This document shows positions 58,031 to 64,000 of a stretch of DNA of 64,000 nt, in pieces. The stretch comes from an uncultured Leptospirales bacterium. Its GTDB lineage: Bacteria > Spirochaetota > UBA4802 > UBA5550. The notes beneath the pieces are model-generated. The model was not told where the DNA came from and did not search any database. It saw only the letters and a list, made by a program, of their open reading frames with translations. The translations under genes and the position numbers were made by a program. The stretch spans positions 186,611-250,610 of the forward strand of contig CAZGWD010000001.1 in the NCBI GenBank assembly GCA_964529415.1, written 5' to 3'. How positions within the stretch are numbered: position 1 is the first letter of the stretch; each line of letters opens with the position of its first letter.

Positions 58031-58390
58031 AATTTTTTTAAAACACTTATTGCATCCTGAAACACTCAGATTTTTTTTCCCGCTGTCTTTAGTTGTCATT
58101 CGCCCGATTAAATAATCTTTTAAAAGCATTTCGTGTCTGCAAATCGGGCAAATTCTTTTCTTTGATGCCTGATCTCCATAGCATGCATAGCATCCCATTA
58201 TATGAATAATGCTTTCTGTATCGCCTTTAAATTCCTTGGATTTAAGTTTTTCGCCTTTACGAAGCAGGGTTCCGCAAATTACACATGGTGTTTTTTTATA
58301 ATCAGGAAATTTATCATAATCCGGAAAAGGATTTTTTATTATTTCAGGATTATTTTTTTTCACCTGAGCTGAATGCAGATACAGAAACAA
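58019..58390 (-). CDS. Cys-rich hypothetical protein (zinc-ribbon-like)
   Basis: CVICG...CYACYG...CPICRH...CNKC. TTG start is uncertain. An in-frame hydrophobic stretch upstream has no canonical start codon. Confidence 0.3.
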   Translation of the reverse strand: MFLYLHSAQVKKNNPEIIKNPFPDYDKFPDYKKTPCVICGTLLRKGEKLKSKEFKGDTESIIHIMGCYACYGDQASKKRICPICRHEMLLKDYLIGRMTTKDSGKKNLSVSGCNKCFKKILLS

Positions 58391-58458
58391 AAATACTGCT
58401 GAAAGAAGAATTACTGATGCTGTAATTATTAATATATCTATAATATTACCTTTTATTT

Positions 58459-59034
58459 TTATGCATGAAGTTTTTTTATAAGCCAGGCCATATTTTTACC
58501 GAGATTCTGCATTGTGAGTATGCCTTCCTCATCTTTGAGAACATCTCCCGGATCCTTCCCTATACCAATGTTCCAGTAATTCGTTCCAGGGACGATCATA
58601 TGATTTGCAAGAAAATAATGATTTATTGAATCGTATGTATGAATAGCACCACCGCGCCTTACTGCAACAACAGCAGCAGCTGCTTTGTATTTAAACATAT
58701 CATTATTGGCACGGGCAACAAGACCTGATCTGTTAATCAGTGAACTCATTTCGGAAGTGACATTCGTGAAATATGTTGGAGAACCGAAAATAATTCCATC
58801 GGATTCCTCTATTTTTACAATCCAGTCATTGAGCTCATCATTTTTCACAGCGCATCTTCTATCAAGATTTGTTTTGCATTTATAGCAGGCAGTACATCCG
58901 CGGATTTTTGTGCCAGCCAGTTGAATGAGCTCAGTTTCAATACCTACTTTTTTAATTTCATCAAGAGCGATATTAATTAGAATTGCAGTGTTTCCGTCTT
59001 TTCTGGCGCTGCCATTGAATGCTGTTACTTTCAT
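58459..59034 (-). CDS. iron-sulfur flavoprotein (Isf)-like NADPH-dependent FMN reductase
   Basis: Flavodoxin-like fold (MKVTAFNGSARKDGNT) plus the compact Cys cluster CTACYKCKTNLDRRC (CxxCxxCx7C) characteristic of Isf. Confidence 0.6.
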   Translation of the reverse strand: MKVTAFNGSARKDGNTAILINIALDEIKKVGIETELIQLAGTKIRGCTACYKCKTNLDRRCAVKNDELNDWIVKIEESDGIIFGSPTYFTNVTSEMSSLINRSGLVARANNDMFKYKAAAAVVAVRRGGAIHTYDSINHYFLANHMIVPGTNYWNIGIGKDPGDVLKDEEGILTMQNLGKNMAWLIKKLHA

Positions 59035-59187
59035 AATTTCACCTGTTCATTAGTATTTATTATTATAAATAGAATTTTTTTAATTTCCGTGTAAAGAGAA
59101 ATATTTTTTAATCAATGATAAATTATTTTATATTTTTAAAATTTATGTGTTTTACAAAATTTATTAATAAATTAAGTTTTATAAACT

Positions 59188-59574
59188 ATGAAGATATTCA
59201 GCAGCATAAAACAAAAAGCAGATGTTTTAAAAAAAGAAATTCTGATGCTTTATTATGCTTACCAGCATCCAGATCTGCAATATCTCCCGAAGATTATTAT
59301 ACTTTTTGCTTTAACCTATGCATTGAGTCCAATTGACCTGATTCCAGATTTTATTCCAGTAATAGGCTATCTGGATGACCTGATAATTGTTCCTCTGCTT
59401 ATTGCTTTATCAATAAAATTAATTCCTGAAGAAATAATAAATCAGTCAAGAATTAGGGCTGACAAGGAGCCTGTTGAATTAAATAAGAAATGGTTTTTTG
59501 CAGTTTTTATTATTATATTTTGGGCTGCTGTTTTATTCTATATTATTTATTCTTTTTACGCTTTGTTAAAATAA
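59188..59574 (+). CDS. DUF1232 (YkvA-like) membrane protein
   Basis: SPIDLIPDFIPVIGYLDD is the DUF1232 signature. Confidence 0.6.
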   Translation: MKIFSSIKQKADVLKKEILMLYYAYQHPDLQYLPKIIILFALTYALSPIDLIPDFIPVIGYLDDLIIVPLLIALSIKLIPEEIINQSRIRADKEPVELNKKWFFAVFIIIFWAAVLFYIIYSFYALLK

Positions 59575-59848
59575 CAGCAGGAGATTTTTTTACTTCTTTG
59601 TCAATACCTCGCAGGGGTGAATAACATTGTTTCAAAATTAAAAAGCTTGATTTATTTTTATATGAATATGCGTAATATCAAACTCTTTCATAAATATTTT
59701 ATATAAATTATATTTTATAGAATTTCACAAAATGAATAGTGCATTGTCATACCGGCGTTCGCGGGTCTTGCACCCTCGTGTGAATGACAGATGATGTACT
59801 ATTTCAATTGTTAACTGCTAAAGCAAATTTAAAAAAATCGAGGTTGGT

Positions 59849-60964
59849 ATGCTTACGAAATATGATGAATTCACCTGCCATCAGGCTGTACAGTCATTTG
59901 ATTCTCCAGTAACAACAGACAGGGCATGGACAGAAAAGCTCTGGATGAATATTCATGACACAAAGGGTGAAATAGTTCTTGCTACGGGTTTTGGCGTTTA
60001 TCCGAACAGAAATGTTATGGATGGTTTTGCTTGTGTGAATATTAAAAATACAGATCAGTACAATATGAGGATGTCCAGAGAACTTCGCCCGAAGATTGAT
60101 GAAATTGCAGTAGGTCCTCTTTCATATAATATAATCGAACCATTTAAAAAAATACACGTGAAACTTGAAGAAAATAAATACGGAATTTCGTTTGAACTCG
60201 ATTTTCTGGGAAAATTTCAGCCTGGTGAAGAAAATCCCCAATACGGTAAAAACAAGGGGCACGTTTATATGCATACATGCAGGTACGCGCAGCTCGGTAA
60301 AGCCACTGGATGGATAAAAGCAGACGGGAAAAAATATGAAGTAGATGAGAAAAATTTTTGCGCACAGAGAGACCATTCCTGGGGAATCAGGATGGGCGTA
60401 GGTGCATCTGAAACCGGTGTACAGGCACCTGACATTGCGCTTTTTACTGCAATGATGATAAACTGGCTTGTTATTCAGTTTGATGAATGGGCATTGAACT
60501 GCTATTTGATAGAAAGAGCCGATGGCTCTATACAGCTTCTCACAGGAGAAATTGTCCGCAAGCTCGGTGATACAAATGATACAATAAAGATAATAAAAGT
60601 TGATCATAATTTTGTATATTTTGAAAACAGCCAGAGAATGAAATCAGGCACAATGAAATTTTATCTCAGCGACGGTACAACTAAAGAAATAGTAATGAAA
60701 GAAATTATCACAATGTATCTCAGGGGCGGAGCTTACGTAGGGTATAAGGGTTTCAGGCATGGGACATGGATGGGACCGTACTGGGAAGACGGCGAAAAAT
60801 GGGACATTAAAAATCCCGATGTGGCAAACGATGTTCACGGGCTTGATGATACAGTATGTGAAGTAAAATGCGGAAATGAAACAGGATATGGCATTATTGA
60901 AAATATGCTGTTCGCGCCATTCCCAAAGTACAATATTACTCAATGGGGATTTAAACCGGCTTAA
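59849..60964 (+). CDS. hypothetical protein
   Basis: 371 aa, soluble, no recognised motifs. SD GAGG precedes the ATG. Confidence 0.4.
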   Translation: MLTKYDEFTCHQAVQSFDSPVTTDRAWTEKLWMNIHDTKGEIVLATGFGVYPNRNVMDGFACVNIKNTDQYNMRMSRELRPKIDEIAVGPLSYNIIEPFKKIHVKLEENKYGISFELDFLGKFQPGEENPQYGKNKGHVYMHTCRYAQLGKATGWIKADGKKYEVDEKNFCAQRDHSWGIRMGVGASETGVQAPDIALFTAMMINWLVIQFDEWALNCYLIERADGSIQLLTGEIVRKLGDTNDTIKIIKVDHNFVYFENSQRMKSGTMKFYLSDGTTKEIVMKEIITMYLRGGAYVGYKGFRHGTWMGPYWEDGEKWDIKNPDVANDVHGLDDTVCEVKCGNETGYGIIENMLFAPFPKYNITQWGFKPA

Positions 60965-60974
60965 TTGCCGGTTC

Positions 60975-61778
60975 CTACCAGCTTGCGGCTTTTCCTAAAA
61001 TATATTTTATAAAAGTTCCGAGAATGGGAGATTCAAGTATTGAGACAAAAAGCCTGTTCATTCTTCCTGGAATAAAAATGGGCTTATTTTTCTTTAAATT
61101 TTTCAGGGAGTCATCAACAACCTGTTCAGCTGTCATCCATGCGAACTCAGGAATCTGCTGGTAATTAAAATCTTTATATTCCTGAGTTGAAAGAAATTCT
61201 GTTTTAGTAAGCCCTGGACATAGTGCCTGCACAATTACACTGGTATTCTTAATTTCCGCATCAAGACCAAGAACGAACATATTCAGAAAAGCTTTTGTGG
61301 CAGAATACATAACATATTCTTTAGTAGTGAAAAAAGCTCCCAGTGATGAAACAAAAACAAGAAATCCTTTATTCCTTTTTATCATTGATGGAAGAACTTC
61401 TCTTGCAAGAGTGATTGCAGCAAGATTATGAAGTACAGCCATTCCCCTGATTTTCGCTTCAACAATATCTGCAAAATCACCTCTTGTTCCGAATCCGGCA
61501 GAGTGAACAAAAAATTCAATATTTTTTATTAATTTAATATTTTTTAAAACAGTATCAATTCCTTTTTCTGAAGATAAATCAGCCTGTATTATAATAGTTT
61601 CAGTTTTGTATTTCTTTTTTAGATCAGCAGCAGTTTTGTTTAAACGGTCTTTTCTTCGAGCTGTTAATATCAGACTGTAGCCTTTTTCTGCAAGCTTGTA
61701 TGCATACCCTTCTCCAATTCCGCTTGATGCTCCGGTAATTAATGCGAATGATTTTTCAACTCGACTTTTATCAGTCAT
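60975..61778 (-). CDS. SDR-family short-chain dehydrogenase/reductase
   Basis: TGASSGIG cofactor motif and a YxxxK-type catalytic region. Confidence 0.8.
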   Translation of the reverse strand: MTDKSRVEKSFALITGASSGIGEGYAYKLAEKGYSLILTARRKDRLNKTAADLKKKYKTETIIIQADLSSEKGIDTVLKNIKLIKNIEFFVHSAGFGTRGDFADIVEAKIRGMAVLHNLAAITLAREVLPSMIKRNKGFLVFVSSLGAFFTTKEYVMYSATKAFLNMFVLGLDAEIKNTSVIVQALCPGLTKTEFLSTQEYKDFNYQQIPEFAWMTAEQVVDDSLKNLKKNKPIFIPGRMNRLFVSILESPILGTFIKYILGKAASW

Positions 61779-61875
61779 TATTTTATTTTCTCCTTGAAAT
61801 TAGTATTTATTTTTTTAGCTTAGTATTTTTCAGTCAAGATATTTCTATAATTCGTCAATAAATGGAGATGCAACA

Positions 61876-62808
61876 ATGAAATTCTTATTACCTTTGTTTC
61901 TTATTTTATTTACCTCCTGCGCAAGTTTGAAAAACTTTGACAGGCCTGTAAAACCCGAGAATGAAGAAGGAAAATTTCACAGTGTCAGAGACAGTTTGAA
62001 AATATTTATTTATGAGAAAACTCCGCAATTTAAGGCAAATACATCAATTTATATTATCACAGGTATAACCGGAATAAACCATAAAAATGAAAAAGACATT
62101 ATTGATTTATTAAGCGCAGAAAAAAACAGGGTAGTTGTAATTCATCCGCGCGGAACCGGTTATTCAGAAGGGACTCGCGGGGATATTGATAAATTCACAG
62201 ATTTTATCGATGATTACATTGAAATAATTTCCAATGATTTAAAAAAATATCCAAAAGATCATAAAGTTATTTTATATGGGCACAGCATGTCATGTGCTAT
62301 TGCGCTTAATATTGCAGAAACTGTCCCTGAAATTACAGGAATAATTCTTGTGAATCCTCCGTATAAGATGAAAGCATCAAAGGGCATGACCCCGAAGTTT
62401 TCAGAATACATCAATTATGCGGGATATATGATGTTTGCGCCGCATAATCAAATTGTGAATATGGCAGGCGATCCGAAAACAATCGAAAACCCGGATGACA
62501 GGAAAGAAGCTGAGGCGAGGGGCGAGGACCGTTTACTTGTAAAATATTTCAGCATGTATATGATGTTTAAATCAAAAGCAACAATGGATAGAATGCCGGA
62601 ATTTGCAAAAAAAGCAAATTATCCGCTTTTATTGATCTACGGCATGGAGGATGCCCTTGTTGATAAAACCGGTTGTGATGAAATTTTCTCTTTCTGGATG
62701 TCGAAAAATAAAAAATATGAAATAATTAAAAATGGTTCACATGGGAAAAAAACTGTAATTCTATCAAAAAATATTATTCTTAATTGGGTTGATGAATTAA
62801 AAAAATAG
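61876..62808 (+). CDS. alpha/beta-hydrolase-fold lipoprotein (esterase/lipase-like)
   Basis: Lipobox FTSCAS. Nucleophile elbow GHSMS. C-terminal His. Confidence 0.6.
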   Translation: MKFLLPLFLILFTSCASLKNFDRPVKPENEEGKFHSVRDSLKIFIYEKTPQFKANTSIYIITGITGINHKNEKDIIDLLSAEKNRVVVIHPRGTGYSEGTRGDIDKFTDFIDDYIEIISNDLKKYPKDHKVILYGHSMSCAIALNIAETVPEITGIILVNPPYKMKASKGMTPKFSEYINYAGYMMFAPHNQIVNMAGDPKTIENPDDRKEAEARGEDRLLVKYFSMYMMFKSKATMDRMPEFAKKANYPLLLIYGMEDALVDKTGCDEIFSFWMSKNKKYEIIKNGSHGKKTVILSKNIILNWVDELKK

Positions 62809-62844
62809 GGAAAGATATTAAATTTTAAATACAGGAGAATTATT

Positions 62845-63327
62845 ATGGCTGGTATTGAGCATATGGGACCAGGTCTTGCAGCTAAGCAGTTTGCACCGCT
62901 GGTTCCACTTTGGATTTTGATGATATCTGCAGAAGCAATAGATATAATCTTTGGAATTTTTTATTTTACAGGCATAGAAAATATGAAATTCGCTCCTTGG
63001 TCTCACGGACTTTTTATGGCAGTTATCTGGTCTATTCTCTTTGGAATAATAGGATTTTTATTTTATAAGGATAAAAGATCAGGGATTGTAATTGGTCTGC
63101 TTGTTTTCAGTCACTGGGTTGTAGATTTTATAACTCATCCAATGGGATTTGTTATGGGACCGGATGCAAAACCTGATATGCCGCTTTTTTTCAGTGAAAC
63201 TCCAAGATATGGTCTTGGTTTATATAACACATTGCCTGGAGTTATTATTGGAATGACAGTGTTAATTATTCCCGGTCTTGTGATGTATATTATTTACAGG
63301 AAGAAGAAAAAGAGTAATTTGAATTAA
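62845..63327 (+). CDS. small polytopic membrane protein (possibly YdjM/DUF457-like)
   Basis: 160 aa with 4 TM helices. SD AGGAGA precedes the ATG. Confidence 0.4.
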   Translation: MAGIEHMGPGLAAKQFAPLVPLWILMISAEAIDIIFGIFYFTGIENMKFAPWSHGLFMAVIWSILFGIIGFLFYKDKRSGIVIGLLVFSHWVVDFITHPMGFVMGPDAKPDMPLFFSETPRYGLGLYNTLPGVIIGMTVLIIPGLVMYIIYRKKKKSNLN

Positions 63328-63359
63328 TTAAAAAATTCAGAATTAAAATGATGTGATAT

Positions 63360-64000
63360 TTATTTATTCAGCGGAAGAGCAGTGCTGATCAATCTGTATG
63401 AGGACCATTCCCCAAGAGAAAATATTTCCCAGAGATCTTTTTTAGGGAACAGGCGTTTGTTTATTTCTTTTAATGGAATGCCTTTTTTATATAGATCTTC
63501 AACCTGTGAGCGGATTGATTCAAAATAATCAAGCTTAATCCTCATTTTTTCTTTTCCGCCGGTTTTAATGCCTGCGTGCGCACAGAATATAGTATCCCAG
63601 TCTAATTTAAGCAGATGATTTAAAGTGTTAATTGTATCAAGAGTATTTTCTGTTGATAAAGAAACATTTTGTTTCGGGCCTATATATAAATCTCCTGTGA
63701 AAATCCATCCTTTGTTTTTTTCAAGAAAAACCACATGATTCGGATAATGGCCTGGAGCTGCAATAATTTCAAGTTTGTAGTTTTTTGTTTCAAGATATGC
63801 AGGGAAATTATCTGCCTGAAATGCTTTTCTTGCTCCCCATGCAATTCGTCTGTAAAAAGGCAGATATAATGGAGATGCCGCTTCCATATGATCTTTTTCA
63901 TGAAGATAAACAGGTATATTGAATTTTTGTTTGGCCCATGATGCCAAGCCTGCGTGATCTTCATGAATATGAGTTAATGCAGCCAGACGTATGGGCTGTT
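63360..64000 (-). CDS. MBL-fold metallo-hydrolase (N-terminus outside window)
   Basis: The frame stays open to the window edge. THIHEDHAG (HxHxDH) is visible upstream of the tracked Met. Confidence 0.65.
   Translation of the reverse strand, partial: QPIRLAALTHIHEDHAGLASWAKQKFNIPVYLHEKDHMEAASPLYLPFYRRIAWGARKAFQADNFPAYLETKNYKLEIIAAPGHYPNHVVFLEKNKGWIFTGDLYIGPKQNVSLSTENTLDTINTLNHLLKLDWDTIFCAHAGIKTGGKEKMRIKLDYFESIRSQVEDLYKKGIPLKEINKRLFPKKDLWEIFSLGEWSSYRLISTALPLNK

Noticed and set aside
1-64000. Search for CRISPR arrays, tRNA or rRNA genes, and integrase/transposase/phage genes
   Set aside because: No direct-repeat/spacer periodicity, no GTTCRA T-loop-bearing GC-rich 70-90-nt islands, no rRNA-like conserved blocks and no recombinase motifs were seen. 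The window looks like core chromosome.

Overview
AT-rich bacterial chromosomal segment, roughly 30-35% GC by eye, with strong Shine-Dalgarno sites and dense coding on both strands. About 60 genes are supportable and there are no rRNA or tRNA genes, CRISPR arrays or mobile elements. The content looks like an anaerobic, possibly FCB-group/Ignavibacteria-like organism, based on a SprA-like giant outer-membrane protein, PEGA/TPR lipoproteins and desulforedoxin/Isf-type redox proteins. That lineage guess is inference only. Housekeeping genes include serC-serA, pyk, purD, dsbD, copA, murI, a LeuA/CimA-family synthase, ppdK, an XPB-like helicase, a rhomboid protease and an SDR. The leads I rate highest are: (1) a peroxiredoxin-like AhpC/TSA gene with an in-frame TGA in a UxxC redox motif, a candidate selenoprotein next to a desulforedoxin-like gene. 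(2) A 62-aa ORF that is essentially just the two-copy 24-residue MshEN cyclic-di-GMP-binding motif. (3) A minus-strand cluster coupling a radical SAM/SPASM enzyme with an uncharacterised N-terminal domain to SpsF/PseF-like cytidylyltransferase and PseG/SpsG-like genes, with no nonulosonic acid synthase. (4) A GC-rich, multiply self-complementary element after ppdK. (5) Several orphan hairpins and palindromes in long AT-rich intergenic regions. Signalling content includes a 7TM-receptor/PP2C phosphatase, a hybrid histidine kinase-STAS operon and an atypical OmpR-type regulator. Coordinates I derived by hand from the sequence may be off by 1 nt.
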